Shown here: one piece after another, positions 1-13,100 of the stretch
How positions within the stretch are numbered: the first letter of the stretch is position 1
Layout: each line of letters opens with the position of its first letter
Assembly: GCA_002269645.1 (NCBI GenBank)
Contig: NIVC01000129.1
Location: 728,755-792,754, forward strand
DNA from: Macrostomum lignano
Lineage: Eukaryota
Direction of reading: 5' to 3'
Length of the DNA stretch: 64,000 nt
Position numbers and translations under genes: made by a program
Notes under the pieces: model-generated
What the model saw: only the letters and a program-made list of their open reading frames with translations
Database searches by the model: none
Told to the model about the DNA's origin: nothing

Positions 1-3000
1 ACTTTTTGGCTCCTTAACTAGAGGGATATACTTGCTATAAACTCTTAATTATTGAATGAAAATCGCCAAGAAGAAATTGAAAAAATTGTGCAAAGTGAGG
101 CTGTTAAGGCAGTCAAATATTAACAGAGTTAAATAGTTATACTGCTGTTTTTCTTAGAAGATCCGAACCGATTCTGGTTCGGGAATTGGTAATGTGAAGA
201 GGCTTATAGACGACTTAAGATTTGATGTGTACCACACTATATTATTAATTATGTGATATTTCAATATAATATAAATGGCCTTAAAAGCCTGATATGCCAT
301 GGTGTTCCTGACCTATGACTTAGGCCTACACTTAAGAAAACAAGCATTGCCAGCTTAACACAAGCCAAGTTGCTTTGTTGTTGCTTAGTTGGCAGTGCTG
401 CAAAAAATTCAAATGTTAGGCCCTAGCTCAAAATTGAAATATCATAATATATATTGGTACATATTATAGCCTACAATAATGTCTAGGCCTAATATATGTT
501 TTTTTATACAAAATACAAAATTTTGGCAATCTTCAAGTTTCGTTCGTTTAATTATTTCCGGAATTATTTTCGCCCTCTATTCAAGGGTGGTGGGGGGTGG
601 GTGTTGGAATTAAACGAACGAAACTTGAAGAATGCCAAAATTTTTATTTTATCAATTTTGTAAAGCTTCAACTTCAAGATTAGTCTAGCCGGTGTAGGAC
701 CAAGACCACCACACACCAAGACCGCCACACTTGGGGGAGCTAGGGGGGAGGAATTTGGCTTGCCATGTTATTGGATGGTGCTGAGGAGGGGTGAGATAAG
801 GAGAGCCAGCAAGACAAGGCCACAAGAGAAGAACTGACTGGTAGGGCCTAAGCAGGCCGGGTGGGTGAGTGAGCCAGGCTCCTTGTTTTTTTCATTCAAT
901 TTGAATTGTTAAAATTGCCCTGGTTGACTTGCAATCGTTTTAGGCCATTTATTCATCTTATTAGTGACCAATCTTGGGATGCTTCCTCCTTATCTAACTC
1001 TACAACCCATTACAACCAATACCAATGCTAGAAGATTGGTAGCTCCCCCTTAATTCCAGTACCCCCTAATGTGATTAGGCCTAATAGTAATCTGCCATTG
1101 GTTTTAATATAATACCAGTTAATAGGCCTACCAGTTTATCTATTGTAGTATTGGTAGTGCATATATTTATTTACTGGTAGCATATGTACAATGTAGGGCC
1201 TACATGTGCTATATTTTTGGCCTGAGTGGTCTTATGGTAGGCCCCTATTGTCTATCCCTATATTCTTCTAAAGAATTTTATTCTCTCAGTCCTGGGTGTT
1301 ACTTGCTAGGTATTCTACCCTAAGCCCTAAAGTAGGTTTCTTAGACTCTGAGTCTAGATTATGAGGTAAGGTAGAGAAGATTTAAAAATTGGTGGTAGTC
1401 TTGAAATCGGCAGTTTGAATGGTTAGTCGACACCAGTAAGGTGGGGCAGATTCTACATTTGAATTTCTGCCAGTGTTGTCTCAGTACTTATAAAGCTGGA
1501 AAATGCACAAATTGATGCGCTGGTTCTTCTCCTTAGTACTCTGTCTGCTGGGGTCTTCAATTCCAAGGGGAGGGTAGTCGTGATTGTAGTCAAGTGGTCT
1601 TTTAGTGGCATGATCATTCAAATTGAGTCCTCAGACACTGTAAATGTTATGATCTATCGATGTATTCAGTTCGTTACTGTCAGTAGTAGGGTAGCGCTGC
1701 CACCACCGTAAATTGCATTTTACAGAATGTTAAGGGTCTCAGAGCTTTCTTTGAATTGAGACTGATCGGTTATTTTATGCCCCATAGGCAAATGACTCAA
1801 TATAGACTAACTAAAGCTTTGATTAAAATCCACTGGATAAATAAATTGTTATTATTGGTAGCTTATCATTATTATTAATAGTTCTCACAAATAGATTAAA
1901 CAGCTACAGCATGGTTATTTGATGTTATTAGTGGTAGTAATAACTTAGTATGCGAGGCAAACACTATTAATAGTTCAAAGCAATAAAGCGAACTAATTGT
2001 TGTAGAAAATACCAAACAAGAAGTTGAGACAAGACAGTTGACCGAGTAAGGTGGGTGGGTAAAACAGGTGATTATAAACTTAAACTCAAACTTAAACCTT
2101 TAGAACATAGGTTTTTGAAAAATGACAGCTATACACAAGGATTTTATACAGCAAAAATTACATAGATCAACGGGTGAAACACCAGGGGGAATACCAGGGG
2201 GAACACCAGTGGGAAAAGGGGACAAAAGCCTGGGAGAAATGCAGTAAAATGAAGGCAGAGCCAAAGGAAGGGACAACTAATGGACCAAAGGTGGGATCAA
2301 CAAAGGGAAAATGCTCAGTCATCCAGGGGAGCAGCTCATGATGTCAAACGTCATATCAATGGATGGAGGCGTTGCGCGGTCGCGAACTGTTGCCGGAACC
2401 CTAGTGGTAGACCGGCCTACCACAATTATTCTACCCTAGGGCCTATGATAGGATTTCTGCCTCCTAAAGGCAATTTCTTAGATTCTAAATCTAGAGACTT
2501 TGTTTTCTAGGAATGGATTAAATTCTCCCAATCTTAGGGCTATTTCTAAATCACTAGGCCTATAAGCCTATTTACTACTTGAAATAATTAACATGAGCGA
2601 ATACAAGCCCCAAGGCTTATTGAGTTCCATTTCTAACTTTTAAAGCTCAAAGGCAAGGAAAGAGAAGAAAAATACAAGGAAACTTATCACAATTTATTTG
2701 GTTTAGTCTTTAGCTGTATCCTATTTATGCTAAAATTTCCTTTGCTATCGAAAACAAAATGACAATATATAAAATATATAAAATATGCTTAATAATATTT
2801 CTAATATTCATACAGTATAACAAATGTTGTAATTTAAAAATATGATGTTTCTAAGAAAGTGATTCATCAATAAACAAAGCCTATTTCAATATAAATAAAC
2901 AAAATTTTGTTGTAGTTGGGCTTATATCATTTATAATTTTAAATAATATTTTAGGCTTATTCTATGTGTTTATTATTATTATATATATTTGTAAAGCCTA

Positions 3001-3394
3001 GGCCTGCTATAAAAATATTCTAGCTAAAAAGCCTCTTTGGTACACAAAGGACAAAGGTCATATATCTAATCTAAGTTAGGCCAATATAACTCAAAGCTAA
3101 GTTAGATTTGTTTAATTAAATGAGTTAAGTAGCTAAAATCTTTTTTTTCAACTTTGGTTTAAGCTTATTAAGAGACATGTAAGTTTTAATTCTAGCTTTT
3201 TATAACACTTCTTTCTTTTGTTTCATTTGATTTAAGTATAACTTTTAAAATATAAAATTATTTTTTAATTAATTTTTATTGATTAGGCCTATTTTTTGAA
3301 TTTCTACCTTTTTTCTATTAAATAACAAGTTTTGGTTTATAATACTTGAAATATTACAAGCTCATATTGCCAGATTATCACTAGGCACTAAGAA

Positions 3395-3545
3395 GTTATA
3401 GAATGTAGGAAATGAGGAAGTTCCAAAATATGGGGTATAGGGAAGTTCCAGAATGTAGAAAGTGGGAAAGTTCCAGAATGTGGGGAATGGGAAAGTTCCA
3501 GAATGTGGATAGTGGGAAAGTTCCAAAATGTGGGGAATGGTGAAG
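3395..3545. repeat. About 22-bp degenerate tandem repeat (GGAAAGTTCCAGAATGTGGGGA)
   Basis: About 6 copies visible. Confidence 0.85.
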
Positions 3546-5064
3546 TCCAATATCAACTAAAAAGTAAAATAGAATTATATAGCCAAGAAAAACTAAATTT
3601 TTGCAGTTGTTTTTGATAGAAATAAACAAAATTACAACACTACACTGTAAACATAGGCTTACAGGGAGCATGCCTCAGACTAGACTGTTGATATTCTTCC
3701 ATGCCAAACAAACTGATGACAGGGATGCGGAACAGGAATTGACTATAGAATCCATTCTAAGAAGCAGTGCTATGGACATAGTGCGACATACAGCTGGAGA
3801 CTGCGATGGTGCATGTGTCATCATAAAACCATGAGACAGAAGAGCCGAATAGATTGAAGCGCAGCCATAGACCTCTATAGTTGCTTGAAGCTCAGCAGCT
3901 AAAAATATGTCAATTTAAAATGTCTAGTCATTCTAGTGTTTCACTGCTAAAGTGAGCTTTTAGTATAAAGTAAAAGCCTTTAAAGAGTCTTAGTAAGTAA
4001 AATTAAGAAGCAAAAATACATCCTTTAATTATTTACTACAATCAGTGTCAATACTGCACTAATGAAATGAAAATATGGAGACCAATATCATTAAGACCAT
4101 ACCAATTTTGGTGATCAGTGAGACTGCAATCAATGAATATGAAAGTTTGTAGCCACAGCAACAATTTAGCGGAACATCATTCTTGATTTGGTTAAACATG
4201 TGGACCTGGAAGAAACTTTTAGTGCAATATTATAGACACAGATATTCATTTGCTACACTGGATATATTTATTGATTTTAAAATTAAAAGTTTTCGTTCAT
4301 AGGATATTAGACTTTAAGCAGGAAACACAAAACAATGTGATGCCGAATTACATATGTTCCATTCTTCCACTACATGAAGATGATGATGTCTGTGATATAT
4401 AGCAAGGCAAGCCTCACAGACTTGCAAAAGATGGCAAGCCATGCACCAAAACTTTGCTGCCTGAACAGAATAATCGCAACACAGACCCATGTTGGCAAAA
4501 AATGTTGTAAAAGAGCATTTCAGCGAAGCTTGCATGTCTAGCCACAAACTCAGCTGCAAACACTCTGTCATGGTAGCCGCTTGGGAGCTGTCCAAATGGA
4601 TCATCAGAAATCCCATCTTTATTGCTTGCAACTTCTATAGGCTCAGCCAATGATGTGCTCTGAGAGACAATGCTAGATGGTAGAACAGAACTAAAAGGGA
4701 AGATGAAATTGGAAAAACACAATGATAGAATATTATAGTGTATTGGCTACACAAGTGTTTATTGGTATAAAAGTGCAAATTAAATTAATTTAAGGAAAAT
4801 TTCAAACTTTGGGAAAAGTACACTAGATAAGAAATTATACATGTACTGTCCTGCCAAGGAAGCTGAAGAGCCAACTGGAATTTTTAGATTCTAAAAATTT
4901 TTAGAATTCTTCTTGTTTTTGCCAATGAAAAGTGGAGTTTCAGGGTTCCATGAAGACTTTTTCTGACAATTGTGCCCCATCCTGAAAACCTAAAAATCCA
5001 GAAAAAATGTGTAGATCATCAAAAAACAGCCTGCAGCTTTAACCATGTCTGATAGCCTGTCCAC

Positions 5065-5655
5065 AGTCTTGGATTCCCTACCCTCCCCAATTCTTGGATT
5101 CCCCTACCCTCCACCTATTCTTGGATTCCCTTACCTTCCCACATTCTTAGATTCCCTTACCCTCCCCTATTCTTGGATTCCCCTACCCTCCCCGCATCAT
5201 TTAAGGATTCCCCTACCCTCCCCATTCTTGGATTCCCCTACCCTCCCCCATTCTTGGATTCCCCTACCCTCCTCCCTTCTTGGATTCCCCTCCCTTCCCC
5301 CATTCTTAGATTCCCCTACCCTCCCCCATTCTTAGATTCTCTTACCCTCCCCCATTCTTGGATTCCCCTACCCTCCTCCTATTCTTGGATTCCCCTACCC
5401 TTCCCCCATCCTTCAAGAATTCCCTTACCTTTCCCATTCTTGGATTCCCCCACCCTTCCCCCTTCTTGGATTCCTCTACCCACCCCCATTCTTGGATTCT
5501 TCTACCCTCCCCCATTCTTGGATTCCCCTACCCTCTCCCATTCTTGGATTCCTCTACCTCCCCCCATTCTTGGATTCCCTTACCCTCCTATTCTTGGATT
5601 CCTCTACCTTCCCCCATCCTTCAAACATTCTCCTACCCTCCCCATTCTTGGATTA
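5065..5655. repeat. About 24-bp C-rich minisatellite (CCCCATTCTTGGATTCCCCTACCCT)
   Basis: About 24 degenerate copies; source of spurious ORFs 5045-5702. Confidence 0.92.
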
Positions 5656-5929
5656 AGTCCCCTTTAATAAGAATTTTAGCTATATGCCTGATATTTATAT
5701 AGGTCTTTATTTATATTTTAACTAACTTGAAAATATAGGTAGTTTTCAATTGTATAAATGCAAAGAACTTTTGTTACCAAATTGAAAGTTTAAACTATTA
5801 TTAAATTATCATATTTAGCATATTAGATTAAAATAAATTAATAATAATAGTTTGGTCCATAAGAGTAAATATAAAAATAAAATATTGATAAATAGTATCA
5901 ATATATATAGTATTTTTTATTAGAGGCAG

Positions 5930-6272
5930 GAGGGTTGTGTGCACCCTGGTGCACTTTAAGTGACATAGGCACACAAGCAAGAGGCATTACTGCCCATTCC
6001 ACCAACTCCCCTGAGCAAGCATACAAGCACATGGATATGTACGCAGGCACACATTCACACAGGAGTGTACAGCGGCCCTAACTTTATATTATCATTAGGC
6101 ATGTACACTTCATTGCGCCTTGGGGGGTTGGCTCTTAAGGTCATCAATTGCACAAGCAGAGCCAAGCCAATATTCCAATTCAGCCCCAAATTAATCTGAC
6201 TGCACTTAGAATCGAGCCTGGGTTGCTGGCACACCAGAGCAGCTGCACTACCGCTGGGCTATGGCCCCCCTT
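5930..6272 (-). mobile_element. tRNA-derived SINE, family A copy
   Basis: Minus strand begins GGGGCCATAGCCCAGCGGTAG (A-box-like) ... GGCTCGATTC (B-box-like); body contains AGGGCCGCTGTACAC shared with copies near 18.7 kb and 62 kb. Confidence 0.6.
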
Positions 6273-8265
6273 TAATATATATATAGTAGCTAATATTAAT
6301 AATAATCATAATATATCTTTTGTAGCCCTTTTATATAGCAAAATAAGAAATTAATATTAGGATAATCTTGATGCTTAGTAAAAAAGATGCAAAACTTAAA
6401 AGCCGAGATATATTTGATTTAACTTTAGCTAGCAACTTTATTACCTTTAGTTACTATCTACCACTTATAACTGCTGTTAGTGTTAGCTTAGCCTACTAAT
6501 ACTACTATTACTATAATTACTACTACTATTATGCACTATTAGTATCATACTGGTTCAATATATCTATCTAATAAAAGTTAGTCTGTGCTATATAATGCTA
6601 TAGTTGATATAGCTATTGCTCATTAGAGATAGTTTCTTAGAAAGTGGAAATCTACTGTCAAAATTCAAGTAATTTTGTAACATGGTAACATGTTATGGCT
6701 CAGTAAGCATTGGGAGTTTTTCATGTTTTATTCTTTTGGAAAACAGGCCTGAAGTTTCCTAGAAAAGCCATTAATTGCCTATCATTTTAGACCCATTAAA
6801 AGTACTCAACTTCTCAACTAGACTTGACCTGAATAAAATTTCTTGATAGTTAAATAGTTGAAAAAATAGGCCTAATCAATTATTTAACATTTTAAGTTTG
6901 GCTTCTATATACTAATATACTAGGCCTATCTATGTTGAATAACTTAAATATGTTAATCTATGATTTTGAATACATGGTTGGTTAATATTAGACCTATAAT
7001 TATAACTGTTATATCCTGTATCCTGCTAGTGCTATCTGCATTTCTAGGCCTATATTAGAGGGCCTAAGCCTTAATGCCTAGCCTGGTGCCTGCCTTCTAA
7101 CTATTTTTTAGTGTACAGTGATTTTGTCTGTTGGCAGACAAAACAAATTTTTCTAGCAAACAAATAGGACTAGGCCCTAAGAATACAGGCCCAGTTTTGT
7201 AATCTGTGGAAATATACTTAGTGAATTAAAATGTGCATAAATATAGAGAATATTTACAAATTACAAAAATTTAGATATAAACTAATATGAGCTAAATTCA
7301 CATAAATTTATAACTAACTAACAGACTAAATTAGTCTATTAGGATATTTTTTTAAATGCTGTCATTATTGTACTAAGGCTATTATTTTCTTATATAACAC
7401 TAAATAGTGTATTATATATTTTTAATAACATTTTAAATATGATATTTCTAGCTTGAGTGGTTCTCTGATGCATTGTGTGTGTTTTATACAATTATTAATA
7501 TTTATTAAAATATTTTTTTTATTCCTAATGAGATATTTAGTGTAGGAATTATTGAAATCAGAGGGTTATAGCTTATTCTCTAATAATTGTATTCTGCTTA
7601 AAGCAGTTTCTTAGATTAATTATCCTAAATTATCAATTGTGGAACTATTAAATGAAACACTTTAAATAAGTTATATGCTACACAATAGTTCATAAGTTAT
7701 ATGAAACACAAACATGGCCCAATTGTGGGCCAATAGCCAAAAAACACAAAAAATACACAGAAAAATTAGAAAAAGATACAATTTTTTTACTTACTTGACT
7801 TAACTGCAGGGGGCTCTGTGCATCCAGATACAGTGAGGAGGCATTGTGGCCCCTTTTGCTAACCCTTGGCAAATGAGTATTCTCTGTTTACTCCTTTATG
7901 CATAAATCTGACAGAAGAATCAAACAAGGTGTACATTCCTACTATTGGCATTCTGTATTTAGAGTAAATTTTGAAGTTTTTAAACTAATGTTATAATATT
8001 AGTAATATTAATGTCCTAATATCTTTAATGTTGGGCATAGTGAAACAAACTTTATCTAGATTTAAAAATAAGTTTTCACAACTGGCAATTATTGACTTGA
8101 ATAATAATTAAAATGTGCAACTTTTACATTCTGAAAAGTTTTTTGATATAAAGTAAAGCACAACCAAAGTGATGAGCAAAAAGTGCTAAAATTTCTAGAT
8201 GATTAAAACTGTATGCAAATGAGAGAAATGTATCAAAAGACACTGCACACTGCAAATATAAATGC

Positions 8266-9216
8266 ATGTCAATTCGCATTCTGGAGACGCACATGGACAC
8301 CAAAGAGCATGCAGGCACAGAGGTGCCGCCGCCCGAAGCCACCAGCACAGAGCCAGTGGCAGCGCAGCCAGCCAATCAGCAGCCGCTATCGAAACGCGCG
8401 CAGAAGCGATTAAAGAAGCGCGAATTAGTGAAAGCGCTGCGCAAAGCCAAGCGCCAACAGTTAAAAGCCAGCGGTCAGAAGCCGCAACGGCACGGCAAAC
8501 GCCTGACCAAAGCGGCTGCAAACAGCATGAGCGACAGTTCCTGTAGAATCCGCGTAGTCATAGACTGCTCATTCGACTCTCTGATGCCGATTGGAGACAT
8601 CTGCAAGCTGTTCAACCAGCTGCAGCACTGCTATGGTTACAACAGGCGCAGTGAAGCCCCCATGCAGCTCTATGTGACCGATTTAAATGGCAAACTGCTT
8701 GACAAACTGAAATCAATTGGCACAGCCGACTATCTGAATTGGGATATCAACTGGCGTGAGGAATCCTACTTGAGTCTCTTCCCTAGGGATGAGATCGTCT
8801 ATCTGTGCAGCGAATCTGAGACTGTACTCGATCAGCTGAGCGATAACTGTGTGTATGTTATTGGCGGCCTTGTGGACCATAATCACTATCCTGGGCACTG
8901 CTTTGAGCTGGCCAAACAGCTGGGTTTGCGAACTGCCAAGCTGCCAATTTCTCAGCACATCAAATTGAATTCTCGTCAGGTGCTCACTGTGGATCAGGTG
9001 TTTCACCTGTTGCTCAAATACTCCAGCTGCCGCAATTGGGCCGAGACACTGCAGGCCGTGGTGCCGAAACGCAAAATTGTTGAATTGAAAGACGGCAAAG
9101 GTGAAACTTCCGGCGGCGCTGTGGTCGGAGAAAATACAGCAGTTGATGGCGATGATGCTGGGGATGAGGCTGATGAACAGGATGAAACTGATGATCAGGA
9201 TGAAGCTGATGATTAG
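8266..9216 (+). CDS. TRMT10A: tRNA (guanine-N1, position 9)-methyltransferase, TRM10 family (TRMT10A-like), single exon
   Basis: 316-aa ORF with TRM10 motifs: basic N-terminus (LSKRAQKRLKKRE), VVIDCSFDSLM, IVYLCSES, VYVIGGLVDHNHY, TAKLPI, VLTVDQVF, WAETLQAVVPKRK, then an acidic tail. Start is ATG 8266 or ATG 8293 (MDTKE). Confidence 0.92.
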   Translation: MSIRILETHMDTKEHAGTEVPPPEATSTEPVAAQPANQQPLSKRAQKRLKKRELVKALRKAKRQQLKASGQKPQRHGKRLTKAAANSMSDSSCRIRVVIDCSFDSLMPIGDICKLFNQLQHCYGYNRRSEAPMQLYVTDLNGKLLDKLKSIGTADYLNWDINWREESYLSLFPRDEIVYLCSESETVLDQLSDNCVYVIGGLVDHNHYPGHCFELAKQLGLRTAKLPISQHIKLNSRQVLTVDQVFHLLLKYSSCRNWAETLQAVVPKRKIVELKDGKGETSGGAVVGENTAVDGDDAGDEADEQDETDDQDEADD

Positions 9217-9440
9217 GATGAAGCTGGATGGTCAGGATGCAACTGGAGGATCAGGATGAAGCTGGATAATTAGGATGACGCTGATGATTAGGATGAAGCT
9301 GGATGGTCAGGATGAAGCTGGATGGTCAGGATGAAGCTATGATCAGGATGAAGCTGATGATCAGGATGAAGCTGGATGATTAGGATTAAGCTGGATGAAT
9401 AGGATGGAGCTGATGATCAGGATGAAGCTGATGATAATAA
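9140..9440. repeat. 18-19-bp GATGAAGCTGATGATCAG repeat spanning the TRMT10A stop
   Basis: Units continue for about 220 bp past the stop at 9214-9216. Confidence 0.88.
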
Positions 9441-9769
9441 TGTAGATAATGAGCAAGCAGATGGGCGAATGTAGAATAATTTTTGTCTTTTTTTGGCTTT
9501 TAGTATCTGTTGCTATCATTAGGCGCATTTTTGGTCAGTAGCTTGAGGTGCAAAATATTTGGCCAACTTGCTGCATAATAGCCTGCTAGTTGAAGCTATT
9601 TGAGTAGAAATTAGCCCTTCTACTTTCTTGTAAATAAATATTGAGCTTACAGTTGCTACTGTCTTTGAATCTTGTAAAATATACTGCGTTTTATTGTGGT
9701 GTTGCTCAATTTCGTTTGAGATTTACTGCATGTCCAAGTGCCTGTCCAACACTCCCTGTTCATCCAACT

Positions 9770-10065
9770 CTCTCAGTGCCTCTCCTACCATTTCAGTGCC
9801 TCTCAAACCCTTTCAGTGCCTCTCCCTTGACCCTCGGCACTTCAGCAATTCCCTCTTGACCCTCTGACCCTCTCCCCCTTGATCCTCTCCTTCTTAACCC
9901 TCTGACCCTCTCCTTCTTGACCCTCTAATCCTCTCCCCCTTGACCTTCTGACCCTCTCCTTCTTGACCCTCTGACCCTCTCCCCCTTGACCCTCTGACCC
10001 TCTCCTTCTTGACCCTTGGCACCTGCAACCATTTCAGTGCCTCTCCAACCCTCACAGTGCCCTCT
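9770..10065. repeat. Pyrimidine-rich degenerate repeat (CCCTCTGACCCTCTCC / TTCAGTGCCTCTC)
   Basis: Repeated motifs between TRMT10A and the SAMM50-like exon. Confidence 0.8.
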
Positions 10066-10120
10066 CTGCCTGATTTTGATTCAATTACCAATCGGGTATA
10101 ATTCCCGAGATCTTGAGCAG

Positions 10121-13100
10121 TGCTCACTAGTTATATCCAATATTTGCAGCAACATCAGCCTCAGTCGCAGCCTCCGCCATTCCTGGCCAGTCGCAGCGGC
10201 CCCGTAGCCTCTGGCGCAGACGGCGCTGCCTCCTTAAAATTATCAATTGGCGCCGCTATTTCTGGCGCTAAAAACTTGGCGCCCTGGCGCCTATGGACTG
10301 GCGCTGTAATTGGCCAGTCGGACAGCCTGTCCGGCCGAGTCTGGCTGGAGTCCCCGCCACTGGCCGGCACTGGCTGGCTGGCCAGTTGGCGGTCCTTGGT
10401 CGGCTGCTATCTGGATCGGACGGTTTTTGAGCAGGCCGCCTTTGAGGTGAGGCTTCCCATATTTCCCATCCTTGTCTTCCCACATTCCTCATCCTTGTCT
10501 TCCCACATTCCCCATCCTTGTCTTCCCAAATTCCCCATCCTTGTCTTCCCACTGTCCCCATTCTTGTCTTCCCAAATTCCCCATCCTTGTCTTCCCACAT
10601 TCCCCATCCTTGTCTTCCCAAATTCCCCATCCTTGTCTTCCCACATTCCCCATCCTTGTCTTCCCACATTCCCCATCCTTGTCTTCCCACATTCCCCATC
10701 CTTGTCTTCCCACATTCCCCATCCTTGTCTTCCCACATTCCCCATCCTTGTCTTCCCACATTTCCCATCCTTGTCTTCCCACAATTCCCATCCTTGTCTT
10801 CCGAAATTCCCATCCTTGTCTTCCCACATTCCCCATCCTTGTCTTCCCACATTTCCCATCCTTGTCTTCCCACATTTCCCATCCTTGTCTTCCCAAATTC
10901 CCCATCCTTGTCTTCCCACTGTCCCCATCCTTGTCTTCCCAAATTCCCCATCCTTGTCTTCCCACATTTCCCATCCTTGTCTTCCCACAATTCCCATCCT
11001 TGTCTTCCGAAATTCCCATCCTTGTCTTCCCACATTCCCCATCCTTGTCTTCCCACATTTCCCATCCTTGTCTTCCCACATTTCCCATCCTTGTCTTCCC
11101 AAATTCCCCATCCTTGTCTTCCCACTGTCCCCATTCTTGTCTTCCCAAATTCCCCATCCTTGTCTTCCCACATTCCCCATTCTTGTCTTCCCACATTCCC
11201 CATCCATGTCTTCCCACATTCCCCTCCCAGAACCGCAGTCGCGGCTGCTTTTGCGGCCTCAGCTATGCCAGCCGGACCGCACAATGTACCCGCCGGCGCC
11301 ACTCGCTTCTGTTGGACGCCTCAGCTCGCCAATTCTCTCTCACCCCGGAGGAGGCTACGGCGGCTCTCGCCGACTCGCCAGAAGCTGTCGTGGCGCTGCC
11401 CAGCGCTTGGCGTTTGTCGTTGCGTCACAACTCCGAATGGGACGCCAGGGACTGTCCGGCCGCGCCCGCCTGCGGCTGGCTGATCCGCTGCTCGAACGAA
11501 CTGGCAGCTTTTGATGCTGGCGGCGGAGAGCGGCCTGGTGACATTGGAGTGCTGCTGCGGCACCGGACCACAGCTCAGGTATGCGTGGGTGGCCTTCGAA
11601 ATCCCATTCAGTGACTCTTCAATATCCCATTCAGTGACTCTTCAATATCCTATTCAGTGACTCTTCAATATCCCATTCAGTGACTCTTCAATATCCCATT
11701 CAGTGACTCTTCAATATCCCATTCAGTGACTCTTCAATATCGCATTCAGTGACTCTTCAATATCCCATTCAGTGATTGGTATCCCAATCAGTAACTCACA
11801 GATCCCAATCACTAACTCACAGATCCCAATCACTAACTCACAGATCCCAATCACTAACTCACAGATCCCAATCAGTAACTCACGGATCCCAATCAGTAAT
11901 TCACAGATCCCAATCAGTAACTCACGGATCCCAATCAGTAATTCACAGATCCCAATCAGTAACTCACAGATCCCAATCAGTAACTCACAGATCCCAATCA
12001 GTAACTCACAGATCCCAATCAGTAACTCACAGATCCCAATCACTAACTCACAAGTCCCAATCACTAAGTCACAGATCTCACAGATCCCATCAAGCGACTA
12101 TCCTGTCCCATTTGAATATATCTTCTCTTACCTCCCAACTTTGCCAGGCAATTTGGCGACTTCCCCTGCAGCATCTCCTTGGCAACTGCTGTCCGTCTCT
12201 AAGCGCTCGGCTGGACTTTTGCAAATGCTTCGCGGCTGACGACCGGGCGCCCTTCGAAGATCGGTTTCCCTTTGGTGGAGCAGCGGCTGGTGAGAGGCAG
12301 TATTTATGTTCTAAACTTGTTATTTGCTTTTATTTTCCCTTTTTAATTTCTACGTCTATCCTAATTAAAATGTATTCATATTCCTGCTCCTTAATCATTT
12401 TTTCACATTTTCCCGTTACCTATACATCCCAAACTGATAATTTCTCAATTCCGTTCCTGCAACCCCATCCCCCATCTCCCATCTCCCATTCTCCATTTCC
12501 CATCCCCATCTCCCATCTCCCATATCCCATTCCCCATTCCCCATCTCCCATTCCCCATTCCCCATCTCCCATCCCCATCTCCCATTACTCATCTCCCATT
12601 CCCTATCTCCCATTCCCCATCCCCATCTCCCATCCCCATCTCCCATTCCCCATATCCCATTCCCCATCTCCCATCCCCATCTCCCATTACCCATCTCCCA
12701 TTCCCCATCCCCATCTCCCATCCCCATCTCCCATTACCCATCTCCCATTCCCCATCTCCCATTCCCCATATCCCATTCCCCATTCCCCATCTCCCATCCC
12801 CATCTCCCATTACCCATCTCCCATTCCCAATTCCCCATCTCCCATATCCCATTCCCCATTCCCCATCTCCCATTCCCCATCTCCCATCCCCATCTCCCAT
12901 TCCCCATATCCCATTCCCCATTCCCCATCTCCCATCCCCATCTCCCATTACCCATCTCCCATTACCCATCTCCCATTCCCCATCTCACATCTCCATCTCC
13001 CATTACCCATCTCCCATTCCCCATCTCCCATCTCCATCTCCCATTACCCATCTCCCATTCCCCATCTCCCATCCCCATCTCCCATTCCCCATATCCCATT

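Noticed and set aside
2280-2510. 76-aa ORF with Cys/His residues
   Set aside because: No recognisable domain or splice context; lies in a decayed domain.
3620-4720. Decayed coding-like remnant (possible DNA transposon; stops at CGA-to-TGA positions)
   Set aside because: No motif I can assign with confidence; would need a profile search.
5045-5702. Pro/Leu-rich ORFs
   Set aside because: Translations of a 24-bp minisatellite; no coding signature.
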